Virus record (IMG/VR): IMGVR_UViG_3300032291_003441
Coordinates: 1 to 64,000 of that record
Length of the DNA: 64,000 bases
From: a virus
Reading direction: 5' to 3' (one strand)
Shown here in pieces: positions 8,005 through 17,661 of this stretch. The position numbers and the translations under genes are program-made. Numbering within the stretch: the first letter of the stretch is position 1; every line of letters starts with the position of its first letter. The notes below the pieces were generated by a model that searched no databases, was not told where the DNA came from, and was given only the letters and a program-made list of their open reading frames with translations.

Positions 8005-9861
8005 TTACACTATTTCGCAAGCTCCACCTGCACAAGCTTGTTGGTCCATTAGAGCTGTATTATCACTCATTTCAATTACTTTTGATAAATCTACTTGGTT
8101 TAATGATTTTACTGCCTCGTTAAACTGTTCTTCAGTAATTGTCTCAAAAGGAGCTTGCTTATAAGTACCTAAGTCTTCCGGTAGGAATGATAATGCTGTA
8201 AAGTATTCTTTATTTTCATAAAGCCATTCTCCAACTGCAGGCCATTCATCTTGCTTAATAGTTACTGTAGCTGATACGTTATGCATATTAGCACCTTTTC
8301 TATGTCCTGGTTTAATCCAGTTTTTGTTAATTGTTTTAATACGCTCTAACATATCCATAGCTGATTCACTACGAGTAATAGAACCTTCTGGAGCACGTTG
8401 AGGAACAGAAACAATTGATTGTAATGTTGGTTTAAAGAAATCATCTTCCAACATTTCAGGATGATACATGCTTAAGTAAGAATATAAAGCTTCATTTTTA
8501 CCTAAACGAATTCTACGTAAATAGAAATCATCATGCCAAGCATGGATACCTGAACTAGTACCTAATACCAAAGATGTGGTGCCTGAAGGTTTAACTGTAG
8601 TAACACGAGCTGCTTTATTAATACCTAATACTTTAGCAACACGTTCGTTTTCTTCACAAGCTACTTTAGCTGCTTCTTTCATGTTCAACTTAAATACAGC
8701 ACCTGAGGCAATACCTGTCATTCCAATACCTAATAATGCTTCTTTTTCAGTTGTTTTTCTCCAAACATCTCTCAAGTAATGGAAGTCCGTATAAGAAGCT
8801 TGTAGTGTACCAATAAATGCTGCTGCTTTAGCTCTATTATTATATTCCTCTTGAGTTTCAATATCGCTAGCGTTAATTTCACACAAATTACAGAATTGAT
8901 TAGCTTTTAAATTAATTTCAGCGCAAGGGTTAGTACCAGCATCTTTATCGTTTGTAAACAAAAATCCAGGTTCACCACTGTTAGATGCCTCAATTTTAGC
9001 CCACAATCCCATAAATGTTTCTTTATCAATCAAATTACGAAGCAATACTGCTGAGTTGTTAGCACGGCCACGTTGTGGGTTATTTTCCCACCAATTACCA
9101 AACTTACAAGTTAACATGTCCTCATCATGAAGATTAAACAAAGCAATAAGAGCGGCTCTACGAATACCACCTGATAATACAGCATCAGCTAAGTGACAGA
9201 TAATATCGTGACATTCAACTGTTGTTAATTTTTCACCATCTTGTTTACGGTCCAAAATCGCTTGCATATGAATTAAAGCAATTTTCAATGGTTCAGGACC
9301 TGGTGCTTTACCACCAACTGTAATCAATGAAGCACCTTTAGCTCTAATGTCTCTAAAATCAAATAGAGGAGCAGTTGATGTTTGTCCAAAATATGCTTTA
9401 GTCAACATACGAACGGCATCAGCCCATCCTTCAATAGAATCACCTACTAAATAACGCTTTGATTTCAAAGGTTTTCTAATTTCGGGTAGTTGTTCAACGT
9501 GGTGTGATTGAACAGAATATCCTACTCCACAACCTGATAACAACAAGAACATAATTTCAGAAAATGCTCTAAAGTCATCAATTGGTAAGTAAGAACAGTT
9601 AAAAATACGAGCATTGTTTATCTCAATAGGCTTACCTGCAAACTGCATTGAACGCATTGATGGTAATACCTTTTTGTCATAAACATACTGGTAAGCGGCT
9701 TCAATTTCTTCAGCCAATTGAGGAAACTTCTTTAAGTGCATTTCCTTGTTTCGAGTTACTAGCTCGTCCCATGTTTCTCTCCTGTTTTTTTCAGGTACGA
9801 ACTTCGCGTATTTGAGGTGGGTAGTAATTTCAGACAAAATTTGTGATTCTGTGGTTAACAT
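8005..9861 (-). CDS. nrdJ: Class II (adenosylcobalamin) ribonucleotide reductase, monomeric RTPR type
   Basis: FNC, GGIRRAA, TNPCAEI, VKPSGT and C-terminal CAGGAC motifs. Confidence 0.9.
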   Translation of the reverse strand: MLTTESQILSEITTHLKYAKFVPEKNRRETWDELVTRNKEMHLKKFPQLAEEIEAAYQYVYDKKVLPSMRSMQFAGKPIEINNARIFNCSYLPIDDFRAFSEIMFLLLSGCGVGYSVQSHHVEQLPEIRKPLKSKRYLVGDSIEGWADAVRMLTKAYFGQTSTAPLFDFRDIRAKGASLITVGGKAPGPEPLKIALIHMQAILDRKQDGEKLTTVECHDIICHLADAVLSGGIRRAALIALFNLHDEDMLTCKFGNWWENNPQRGRANNSAVLLRNLIDKETFMGLWAKIEASNSGEPGFLFTNDKDAGTNPCAEINLKANQFCNLCEINASDIETQEEYNNRAKAAAFIGTLQASYTDFHYLRDVWRKTTEKEALLGIGMTGIASGAVFKLNMKEAAKVACEENERVAKVLGINKAARVTTVKPSGTTSLVLGTSSGIHAWHDDFYLRRIRLGKNEALYSYLSMYHPEMLEDDFFKPTLQSIVSVPQRAPEGSITRSESAMDMLERIKTINKNWIKPGHRKGANMHNVSATVTIKQDEWPAVGEWLYENKEYFTALSFLPEDLGTYKQAPFETITEEQFNEAVKSLNQVDLSKVIEMSDNTALMDQQACAGGACEIV

Positions 9862-9876
9862 TTGTTTTTTAATAAT

Positions 9877-11241
9877 TTAGTTGGTTAGTTCGAAAAATTT
9901 TTGTTTAATAAGGGCTTTGTCTACAGAATCGATATTTCCAAATCTGGTGCTTTGTTGTTGTGATACTACGTTATCATCGTCTTCTTCAATATGGGTTGAT
10001 ACATCAAAATGTCCTGTTGACGTATCTACTTTGACAGAATAGGTCATGCCGTCCATTCCGTATCGATTTTTCATAATGTGAAATCTTCCTGTCCCATTTA
10101 CTTTGTCTTGACGTTTCCTTGATAAGGATATAGCAACATCGGTAACCATCATTTTATCATAGGAACCGGCAGCTTTATCACCTTCAATAATATCATCTTT
10201 TGCACCAGCTCGGTTTACTTGAGATACTGACCAAATAGGTAGTTTTAATTCTCTAGCAAGACCCTTAGTACTAATATAAATATCATCTATTTCGTCCTTA
10301 CGCTCACCATTCTTTCTCTTTGAACGAAGAAGATCCACATAGTCAATAATAACTAGGTCTGGTTTAAAATCTAAGTCAATACATTTTTTAACATGCGATT
10401 CAATTGTAGAAATCGTTGCTTTTCCTGTAGGAAATTCTTTAATGATAAGTTGACCTTCTAACTGAGTAACAACTTCTTCAACCTGATTTTTATGTTTAGT
10501 AATATCTCCTACTGGAATATTAGTAAAATAAGCATCATAACGTCTGCCTACATAATCAGCTCCTAACTCAAGTGTATAGTGTAAAACATTATAACCTAAT
10601 TTAACAGCATAACCACCTAAGGCAACTAATGACCAAGATTTACCACCACCAGGACTACCAAAAATCAATCCAAAGTCACCATCACCTAATCCACCTTGTA
10701 ATAATTCATTGAATGGCTCAAAAGGTGTAGGAACTACTACTCTGTGATTTTCTCTGTAACGTGATTCAGTATCTTTGTTGTACTCGTGGCCAATATTTTT
10801 GTCTTGACCCGCTTTTAACGCGTTATCAACAATTGTCCTGATTGAATCATAGTCCCCCGCGTTTAGAAAATCTACGCTCGTTAACAACGCTTTTTTAAGC
10901 TGTTGATTCTTACAGAAATTAGAAAATTCTTCCTCTACGTACTTAAGATCCTCGTCTGATGATTTGTAGGCCTCACGTAATTGTTCTTTAATTGATACTT
11001 GTAATACCTCATTGTCAATCTTTTTAAGTTCTACTTTAAGAACATCCATTGTAGGACAAGTGTGGTATTTTTGATAATACTTTAGAATTTCTTTGATAAT
11101 CCATTTTTGGGATTGAGAGTCAAAATATTCCTCACTTAACACATCCTGAATGTTAAGAAGAAATTCTTTATGGGTAAGTAATGATGATATTACTTTAATT
11201 TGGAATCCCACACCATATTGGGAAAGTGAATTTAATGTCAT
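9877..11241 (-). CDS. Replicative DnaB-like helicase (T4 gp41-like)
   Basis: GSPGGGKS Walker A, YTLE, IIDYVD, SQVNR, KNRYG. Confidence 0.9.
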   Translation of the reverse strand: MTLNSLSQYGVGFQIKVISSLLTHKEFLLNIQDVLSEEYFDSQSQKWIIKEILKYYQKYHTCPTMDVLKVELKKIDNEVLQVSIKEQLREAYKSSDEDLKYVEEEFSNFCKNQQLKKALLTSVDFLNAGDYDSIRTIVDNALKAGQDKNIGHEYNKDTESRYRENHRVVVPTPFEPFNELLQGGLGDGDFGLIFGSPGGGKSWSLVALGGYAVKLGYNVLHYTLELGADYVGRRYDAYFTNIPVGDITKHKNQVEEVVTQLEGQLIIKEFPTGKATISTIESHVKKCIDLDFKPDLVIIDYVDLLRSKRKNGERKDEIDDIYISTKGLARELKLPIWSVSQVNRAGAKDDIIEGDKAAGSYDKMMVTDVAISLSRKRQDKVNGTGRFHIMKNRYGMDGMTYSVKVDTSTGHFDVSTHIEEDDDNVVSQQQSTRFGNIDSVDKALIKQKFFELTN

Positions 11242-11245
11242 AACT

Positions 11246-12283
11246 TTATTTTGTAAAACTGTTTAGTACTTTGTATGTGTCGTTAATTGTAAACTCTGGA
11301 TTTTTAATCATGTGACCTATTCCATCCTCATTGTAAAGTAATAAAAAAGCTTGTGTATTCAAAGCTGGAGTAGGTTCTTCTACAACATCCTCTAACCATT
11401 CTTTTTCAGCATCATCCATTAACGGATTACCCAAATCCATAATACGGAAATTATTTTCTAATCGTTCCATCTCAAATACTACTCTTGAGTATACAACGTG
11501 GTCTTTATGTTTTTGAGCACTTATTTCAATAATGTCTTGAAATGTTAATACACGTTCTGCTAGCTCAGGAAACTTTTTAAGTAACCCTTTTTCACCTAAT
11601 CCCTTTACACCAGCTACTTTATCTGATTGGTCACCTAATAGTGTTTTATACAGAATAAAATTTTCGGCCAATACACCAAATTTTTCTTTTACTAAATTTT
11701 TAGTGTAATATTCTTTATCTCCAGGACGGAAAAGTATAACTTTCTCGTCTACTAATTGAACAAAATCCTTATCATTAGATACTATGAAAACCTGAGAATT
11801 GTGTTTATTAGGCAATATATTACTTAAATATGCGATTATATCATCGGCCTCCACCTTATCTAAACTTAAGGTTTTAACTGGTAGACACTTTAGGTAATGG
11901 ATTAATCTTACAATTTGATCGATTTTGGAATCATGTTCATCCTCTAAGGAATCAAAGGAATCCCAGTTTGTAATACGAACCAAGTTACGGCCTGATTTGT
12001 ATTCGGGTAGTAAGTTTTTTCTGTTTACTGATGAACCTGTTCCATCAAATACTACATAAATAGAGGTTGGTTTAATTTGATTAATTAATGAATTTAAAGA
12101 ACGAATAAAACCCCCTAAACCACCAATGTGAACACCTTGTTCATTTACAAAGTTCATCATTGCGAAGTTCCTGAAAAACAAATTTAACCCATCAATCAAC
12201 AGTACTCGATCATGGGGATTAGCAAAACCTTCTTCTTGCTTATCCATTTGGTTTAGGAGGTTTAATAGTTCGTTCTTGTTCAT
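11246..12283 (-). CDS. 5'-3' exonuclease / flap endonuclease (T4 RNase H-like)
   Basis: LIDGLN, VFDG, YKSGR, EADD, SNDKD, GDQSD..GVKGLG. Confidence 0.9.
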   Translation of the reverse strand: MNKNELLNLLNQMDKQEEGFANPHDRVLLIDGLNLFFRNFAMMNFVNEQGVHIGGLGGFIRSLNSLINQIKPTSIYVVFDGTGSSVNRKNLLPEYKSGRNLVRITNWDSFDSLEDEHDSKIDQIVRLIHYLKCLPVKTLSLDKVEADDIIAYLSNILPNKHNSQVFIVSNDKDFVQLVDEKVILFRPGDKEYYTKNLVKEKFGVLAENFILYKTLLGDQSDKVAGVKGLGEKGLLKKFPELAERVLTFQDIIEISAQKHKDHVVYSRVVFEMERLENNFRIMDLGNPLMDDAEKEWLEDVVEEPTPALNTQAFLLLYNEDGIGHMIKNPEFTINDTYKVLNSFTK

Positions 12284-12289
12284 ACGATT

Positions 12290-12321
12290 GGAATATAATA
12301 AATTTCTTTGACTAAACCTAA
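12290..12321 (-). promoter_or_regulatory. Host-sigma-type promoter variant TTAG-N20-TATATTCC
   Basis: Same spacing, intergenic position. Confidence 0.5.
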
Positions 12322-13407
12322 TTAATCAGGCTCTTGTTCAAAAATATTCATTGAGCTTTCCAATACATCTTCTTCCTCGTAGATATCGAAATCCATACCA
12401 CCTAAAATCTTACTCCATTCGGCAGCATGATCATCTTTATATGATTTGATTTCTTTATCGGTATCATTAATAAATCCGTGTGGGGTCATAATAATTTTAC
12501 CTCGAGTTGTAATACCATTAATGTGGTTTTTATCAATTTGAATGTTAGTACGCTTAGCGAATTCAACTTGTTTACCATCTTTAATAGCTTTGATTTTACT
12601 GGTACCAGCATTTGAAACATTACCAAAAGTAATTACAAACGTAGCATCGAACCACATAGCAAAACCTCCCTTATTCATAAGTTTTGGTTGTCCCATAGGT
12701 ACTTCAGCTTTTGCTGTCCAAACCTTATTTACACATACTAACGTATTAGTGTAACGTGAGGATTCTTTACGTGACAATGTAATTTTTTGGTTTACGTTAT
12801 TACCAAATTGTGTACTCATAGCACCAGCATTCCATTCGTTGTTGTTTTTGTTTGAACGAACTGATAAATCACAAGGTACTGAACCGATTGAGTCCCAAAG
12901 GAATAATAAATCGTATGGTAAGTTGCCTTTTTTCTGTTCATCCAATAAATCCAAAATAAATGCGGCTACGTCTTCGATTGTGTTTAAAGTTTCCCTATCT
13001 ACATAAAGGAAAAATCCACTGTAATTTCCAACCTCACCTGTTTCTTCATCCACTTCTGTGTTTACTTGTAAACCCATTTGTGTTGCGTGTTCCCAATTCC
13101 ATTTCATCTCAGTAATAATAAATACTGGTAGTACACCTGCTTTTTGGGCAGAAACTGCTGCCTCAATTAAAGCTGTTGTTTTACCTGTATCACTATGTCC
13201 ACGAAGTAGAACAATGTGCCCAGTTGGAATACCAGGCACACTTGTTACTTCTTGAAATGCTGGACTAAGAGGGATCCACTTCTGTTCTTTAAACTTAACG
13301 TTACCATTAAGTAATTTTTTCTCCTTAAATTTGTCTAAATTGAAATTAGACTTGATTTCTGCGGAGACGGCAGCCGTTAGCGATTCGCTTTTCTTAGTTT
13401 TAGCCAT
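12322..13407 (-). CDS. RecA/UvsX-like recombinase
   Basis: GHSDTGKT Walker A, WDSIGS, KGG, KNH motifs. Confidence 0.85.
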   Translation of the reverse strand: MAKTKKSESLTAAVSAEIKSNFNLDKFKEKKLLNGNVKFKEQKWIPLSPAFQEVTSVPGIPTGHIVLLRGHSDTGKTTALIEAAVSAQKAGVLPVFIITEMKWNWEHATQMGLQVNTEVDEETGEVGNYSGFFLYVDRETLNTIEDVAAFILDLLDEQKKGNLPYDLLFLWDSIGSVPCDLSVRSNKNNNEWNAGAMSTQFGNNVNQKITLSRKESSRYTNTLVCVNKVWTAKAEVPMGQPKLMNKGGFAMWFDATFVITFGNVSNAGTSKIKAIKDGKQVEFAKRTNIQIDKNHINGITTRGKIIMTPHGFINDTDKEIKSYKDDHAAEWSKILGGMDFDIYEEEDVLESSMNIFEQEPD

Positions 13408-13420
13408 AAATTTAATTTAA

Positions 13421-14266
13421 TTAGAAAGGTAGATCGTTGTCGTCCTCGTCATCAAACAAGGCATCAAATTTTTCTGCTTTACTTTCTTTAGTTGTTGCTG
13501 GAGTTTTCAAAGCATAATTTTTAACAGGAGCTGCCTCCAATACTGCCTCTACTTCATCCTCATCATCAATGATAGCACCTTCTTCTGGTTCTTCAGGTGA
13601 CAACCAAGTTTGCAATGTTTCTTTAACTGATTCGTAAGTGTTCTTACGTTGAATTTCTAACAATACAGGTTGTTCTGAAAGGAAAGTTTCAACTTGGGAA
13701 GCATCAGCAGTCAAAGGAGTAGTTTTAGGTTTAATCCTGATAGATGTTTTTAGACCAATACGACCACCAATATCACCTTTGATAGCCTCAACTGTAAAGT
13801 CTCTACCCTCATTAATGTCTGTGTAATCGCCATAATCTTCATCCTCAGCAATACCTAATAACTGCATGTAAATTTCTTTACCAAATTCCCAAAGGCGTAC
13901 ACCTTTTTCTTCCTCACCACGTACAATAACAGGAGCAAAAACTCTCATTTTTGGGTCCAATTTCTTAGCCAATACCCAGTTTTCACGGTCATTGGTAGTA
14001 CGTAATTGTTTAGCAAATTCTACGATTGGGTCTTTTTCACCCCAGTTAGTTAAGGCGTAGATAGGAAATTTCGAAAATCCATAGTGTACAAAAACCTCTT
14101 GGAATGGGTTTTTAGGATCAAGTTTGGAAGGTACAATACGAATTTGGTACTTACCTTCTTGTTTTGGTTTCCAGTAAACTTTTGTGTAATCGATTTTTTC
14201 TTTCTTGCCTGGTGTGTTCGTCGACTGTAGTGTGTTTAGTCGCTGTTTAATAGCTGATATGTCCAT
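13421..14266 (-). CDS. Single-stranded DNA-binding protein (T4 gp32-like)
   Basis: WKP..IRIVP, LWEFGK, GRD motifs; acidic tail ending DDLPF. Confidence 0.85.
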   Translation of the reverse strand: MDISAIKQRLNTLQSTNTPGKKEKIDYTKVYWKPKQEGKYQIRIVPSKLDPKNPFQEVFVHYGFSKFPIYALTNWGEKDPIVEFAKQLRTTNDRENWVLAKKLDPKMRVFAPVIVRGEEEKGVRLWEFGKEIYMQLLGIAEDEDYGDYTDINEGRDFTVEAIKGDIGGRIGLKTSIRIKPKTTPLTADASQVETFLSEQPVLLEIQRKNTYESVKETLQTWLSPEEPEEGAIIDDEDEVEAVLEAAPVKNYALKTPATTKESKAEKFDALFDDEDDNDLPF

Positions 14267-14287
14267 GATTTTTATTAGTTTATGAGA

Positions 14288-14319
14288 TTAATATAATAAG
14301 AGGAGATTAATAAACCAAG
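14288..14319 (-). promoter_or_regulatory. Host-sigma-type promoter CTTG-N20-TATATTAA
   Basis: Repeated motif upstream of the SSB gene. Confidence 0.65.
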
Positions 14320-14865
14320 TTAAAGTTTATATTTCCAAAAAAATCCTCCTGAAGTTTTAGTTCTATTTTTTAGTACATTATTTATTGCTTTTTCATTTAT
14401 TCCCAATATTATAGCTGCTTCTCGACAGCATGAAAATTCTTGAATTAAATTGTTTTGTTTATCTAATTGAAGGATTGGAATTCTTTTACCTGGTCTAGGG
14501 TTTGAAAAACCTTGTTTATTTACTCTAGGTTTTCTCATTTTTTGTTTAGATTCTTCAGATTTAGGAACTCTCATCTTTTGTCTAGTTTCTTCAGTATGGA
14601 ACTGAGGTCCACCTCCACCATTGTTTTTATTTATTACTTCAAATCCCCAATGTTTAAATTGTTCTATCCAATAGCTTTCAAAAAATTTCCATTCATGTTT
14701 ATAGTTATAAGATATAATATCTATAACATCATATGTAATGTTTTTTCCAAATTTGCTATTATGATAATGTTTGCGGTATTTAGGAATATTTGCTTTTCCT
14801 ATATAAACTTTATTAGGATTGTTATCTATATTAGTGATAAGATAAATATATGTAATATGTATCAC
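14320..14865 (-). CDS. GIY-YIG homing endonuclease with NUMOD3/NUMOD1-like DNA-binding repeats
   Basis: YIYLIT..VYIGK, N-GGGG, HTEETRQKM/SEESKQKM repeats, C-terminal ..SGGFFWKY. Confidence 0.85.
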   Translation of the reverse strand: MIHITYIYLITNIDNNPNKVYIGKANIPKYRKHYHNSKFGKNITYDVIDIISYNYKHEWKFFESYWIEQFKHWGFEVINKNNGGGGPQFHTEETRQKMRVPKSEESKQKMRKPRVNKQGFSNPRPGKRIPILQLDKQNNLIQEFSCCREAAIILGINEKAINNVLKNRTKTSGGFFWKYKL

Positions 14866-14907
14866 TGTAATTTATAATTTTGGTCGATTATAAATATTAC
14901 AGAATTT

Positions 14908-14927
14908 GAGCCCTTTTACAAGGGCTC
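14908..14927. terminator. Intergenic hairpin GAGCCCTT-ttac-AAGGGCTC
   Basis: Perfect 8-bp stem between genes; the T-run is on the plus side, so polarity is uncertain. Confidence 0.5.
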
Positions 14928-14934
14928 TTTATTT

Positions 14935-15213
14935 TTATACTAAATTATTTATTAAGTTCTGCATCTCTTCATCTGCAGGTCCACTATAACTAAAAGTATA
15001 TGTTCCTTTTAAGCTTTTATCATCATAATAATCATTATTAGGTACTAACTTAAAGTCTAAATTCGGGTAATTGTTTTCAATATACTTTATTTTATCTTCT
15101 ATTTCAGGAGTAAGTTTTTGAATTAAAATATTGCCTGAGGTTCTAGTTTCTTCTTTTAATAAATGACCTTCAGTAATAAATTTTCTTAAATCAAAATTGT
15201 CTGCTTTTTTCAT
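14935..15213 (-). CDS. Hypothetical protein (FDLRKFITE..LLKEE N-terminus)
   Basis: ORF preceded by both promoter motifs (15228-15261). Confidence 0.7.
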   Translation of the reverse strand: MKKADNFDLRKFITEGHLLKEETRTSGNILIQKLTPEIEDKIKYIENNYPNLDFKLVPNNDYYDDKSLKGTYTFSYSGPADEEMQNLINNLV

Positions 15214-15229
15214 GTTATTCTATATGTTA

Positions 15230-15261
15230 TAAATATACGAAGGAAATTCTAGATTTCCAAA
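15230..15261 (-). promoter_or_regulatory. Host-sigma-type promoter TTTG-N20-TATATTTA overlapping an ATATTTATA motif
   Basis: Minus strand TTTG GAAATCTAGAATTTCCTTCG TATATTTATAA. Confidence 0.65.
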
Positions 15262-15270
15262 TGACGTTTT

Positions 15271-15735
15271 TTAAAGCTCAACAATCTTATAAACTTTTGT
15301 ATTTAATTGTTTCAACTCATTATGGTTGGTTAACAAAATACAGTTTTTATAGTGTTGCCAATTTACACGGAAAGATGGATCAACCACTCCCCCGTTTAGC
15401 TTTTTAATCAAATCGTTTAATGCATTGATTGTATAAAGAGTATTAGTTTCCTTTTTTCTATGAACTAAAATAGTGTTCATCGGAATACCCTCAACATTGC
15501 CTTGCTCCACGTTGTATGTAACAACGTACTCGTCTGTACTTTTTACATAAAGTACAAACATCTTATTATACATGATTGTATATGCCCTAGTCAGCTCACT
15601 GATTAGTGTTTCTAAATCCTCTAGTGCTGTAAATGTACAAAATAACTTATTGTTCACGTCTTTTATGTTTGTCGAATCGAAATCGTATCCGTCATACATA
15701 TAGTCATTCCTCTGTAAAATCGTATGTTTTTCCAT
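15271..15735 (-). CDS. Hypothetical protein
   Basis: ORF overlapping the end of the PolA-like gene. Confidence 0.75.
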   Translation of the reverse strand: MEKHTILQRNDYMYDGYDFDSTNIKDVNNKLFCTFTALEDLETLISELTRAYTIMYNKMFVLYVKSTDEYVVTYNVEQGNVEGIPMNTILVHRKKETNTLYTINALNDLIKKLNGGVVDPSFRVNWQHYKNCILLTNHNELKQLNTKVYKIVEL

Positions 15736-16993
15736 AACTTGTTTTTGTCTGTAACCTGTATTTATTAAATATTTGTTTTATCTCGTTTTCTATATTTTCA
15801 TCACCCTCACCTAACTCAAACAAAAACGAATCGTACGTATATAATACAATTTTTGTTTCCCGCCCTCGTAATAGCTTATGTATATCCATCAATATACGAA
15901 CATTCATTGCGGACTCCACGTTCTGTAACATATAATTAAACAGCTTCTGTGGATTCATATTCTCCAGTTTATCCTTTTTAAAGCAATAACCCGAAATCGG
16001 CACAATAACTTCACCCAAGTTATTAAACGCCTCCCAATTTATTGTTATGAATTGTTTTACTTTTTGAAAAAATTCCAAATGCTCATACTCTTTAAATACA
16101 CCACCATAGAGTTGTTTGAACGTGAGCTCTTTTGCTTCTTTGTAGCTCGTACCGTATAGGTCCGCGAAGGTTTGGTGGACATCCGTAGTGCCAAAATCAA
16201 AGGCAACCATACGACTAGCGAGGTGAGGATGATATGCACTAATATCGAGCTCCATAAACCCATGACTCGATATGTAACTCCTCCTTGCGCCATTATCTTT
16301 GTTTATTGCTGCGAAATTAACGCCATTAAAAGAGTTACTTGGTCTACGTGTTGTTGTCGCCAAATTGTAGCTGGTATAGATTCTATCATTACCAATTGAA
16401 TAAAATTCATTATTGAGTTCATAGTGTTTATCAAATTCATATTTATTTATTTTTAATCCGTTTTTTTCTATCCCAAAAAATGCTAATACTACCTTATTGT
16501 TATAAAAATCAAAATACGGTGGTAATTCCTTTGGTATTACACTACGAACTTGATTATAAATATGTTCGCATTTTTGGTAGTGTTTGCTTAGAGGTACAAG
16601 CTTATTAACCTTTGGATAATCCGTATGGTAAGAATAAAAGTATGTATGTGCTTGTGTTTCCGATTGTATATACGTAGGGTTTAGAATGGACAGGTCGCAC
16701 AAGCTTTTAATAGGAAAATAATACAATGCGGATTTCTTATCACGCACCCACACCTTATTTATTTTTTGTAGTAACGCGTCTATAGTTGTCTTATTAAGCG
16801 AGGAGGTCTCGCTATGGTCAACGCATAACATATAACCCTTTGTGTCATTAAACGGTCTTATATACACTAAAGACACGTCATTTAAAGCAGGATGTATGTT
16901 ATCGTGTAATGGAACTATCTCTACGAACGCTTCCGCTATCGTTTTGTGAGTAAAATACTCCATTGCCTCTTCTGTCTCTATTATCCAAAACAT
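15704..16993 (-). CDS. Short, divergent family A DNA polymerase
   Basis: TTRRPSN..NF, motif A ELDISAYHP, motif B AKELTFKQLYG, motif C YTYDSF. Confidence 0.8.
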   Translation of the reverse strand: MFWIIETEEAMEYFTHKTIAEAFVEIVPLHDNIHPALNDVSLVYIRPFNDTKGYMLCVDHSETSSLNKTTIDALLQKINKVWVRDKKSALYYFPIKSLCDLSILNPTYIQSETQAHTYFYSYHTDYPKVNKLVPLSKHYQKCEHIYNQVRSVIPKELPPYFDFYNNKVVLAFFGIEKNGLKINKYEFDKHYELNNEFYSIGNDRIYTSYNLATTTRRPSNSFNGVNFAAINKDNGARRSYISSHGFMELDISAYHPHLASRMVAFDFGTTDVHQTFADLYGTSYKEAKELTFKQLYGGVFKEYEHLEFFQKVKQFITINWEAFNNLGEVIVPISGYCFKKDKLENMNPQKLFNYMLQNVESAMNVRILMDIHKLLRGRETKIVLYTYDSFLFELGEGDENIENEIKQIFNKYRLQTKTSYGKTYDFTEE

Positions 16994-17660
16994 AACCTTG
17001 ATTTACTCCATTAATATACGAACCAGATGTTGTAGTTCCAACTTCAGGTTGATAATATTTTAAGAAATCTAATTTTAAGTACTCGTTTAATCCAAAAAAC
17101 TTATTTCTAAATATAACTAATTCGGTTGCATTTTTGTTTACTTGAGCTACTTTTTGTTTATCCCCTGTTAATTGCCAGTCAATAAAAAATGGTTGATATA
17201 ACTGCCATAGTATTTGAGGATCTTTAGCTAATAACTTATCAAATTGTTCTTGATTTATTTCAATATATTGATATTCATTTGTTTTTTTACAAAAATATCT
17301 TCTAAATTCCCCTACCTGGTAATCTTGTTGTGTTGGGGGGGTAGAATTGTAAGTAGGAACTATAATAGAGGTTGGGTTCTGGTGAGTGATATTTAGATAT
17401 TGCTCATTGTTAGATTCAAATACATTAACCGTAGCCACATAATTAGTTTGGATTTGGGTAGAATTGTTTGGTGAGGGTAAATTTGCTTCTATAGGAACCA
17501 ATTCAACGTTTGGTCTATCATCTTGGTTTCGGCCCGTAAAATATTTACCGTTAGATATTTTAAAATAATATCCTGAGTATGCTTCTTGGTTGATAGCACT
17601 TACAAATTCACCACCATTAGTGTATAAATTAGGAGTTATTTGTGATTTAGGATAATACAT
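16899..17660 (-). CDS. Hypothetical baseplate-region protein
   Basis: Last ORF of the baseplate operon. Confidence 0.65.
   Translation of the reverse strand: MYYPKSQITPNLYTNGGEFVSAINQEAYSGYYFKISNGKYFTGRNQDDRPNVELVPIEANLPSPNNSTQIQTNYVATVNVFESNNEQYLNITHQNPTSIIVPTYNSTPPTQQDYQVGEFRRYFCKKTNEYQYIEINQEQFDKLLAKDPQILWQLYQPFFIDWQLTGDKQKVAQVNKNATELVIFRNKFFGLNEYLKLDFLKYYQPEVGTTTSGSYINGVNQGYVLDNRDRRGNGVFYSQNDSGSVRRDSSITR
17011..17042 (-). promoter_or_regulatory. Host-sigma-type promoter GTTG-N20-TATATTAA for the polymerase gene
   Basis: Embedded in the 3' end of the upstream ORF, 17 nt before ATG 16993. Confidence 0.65.
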
Positions 17661-17661
17661 T

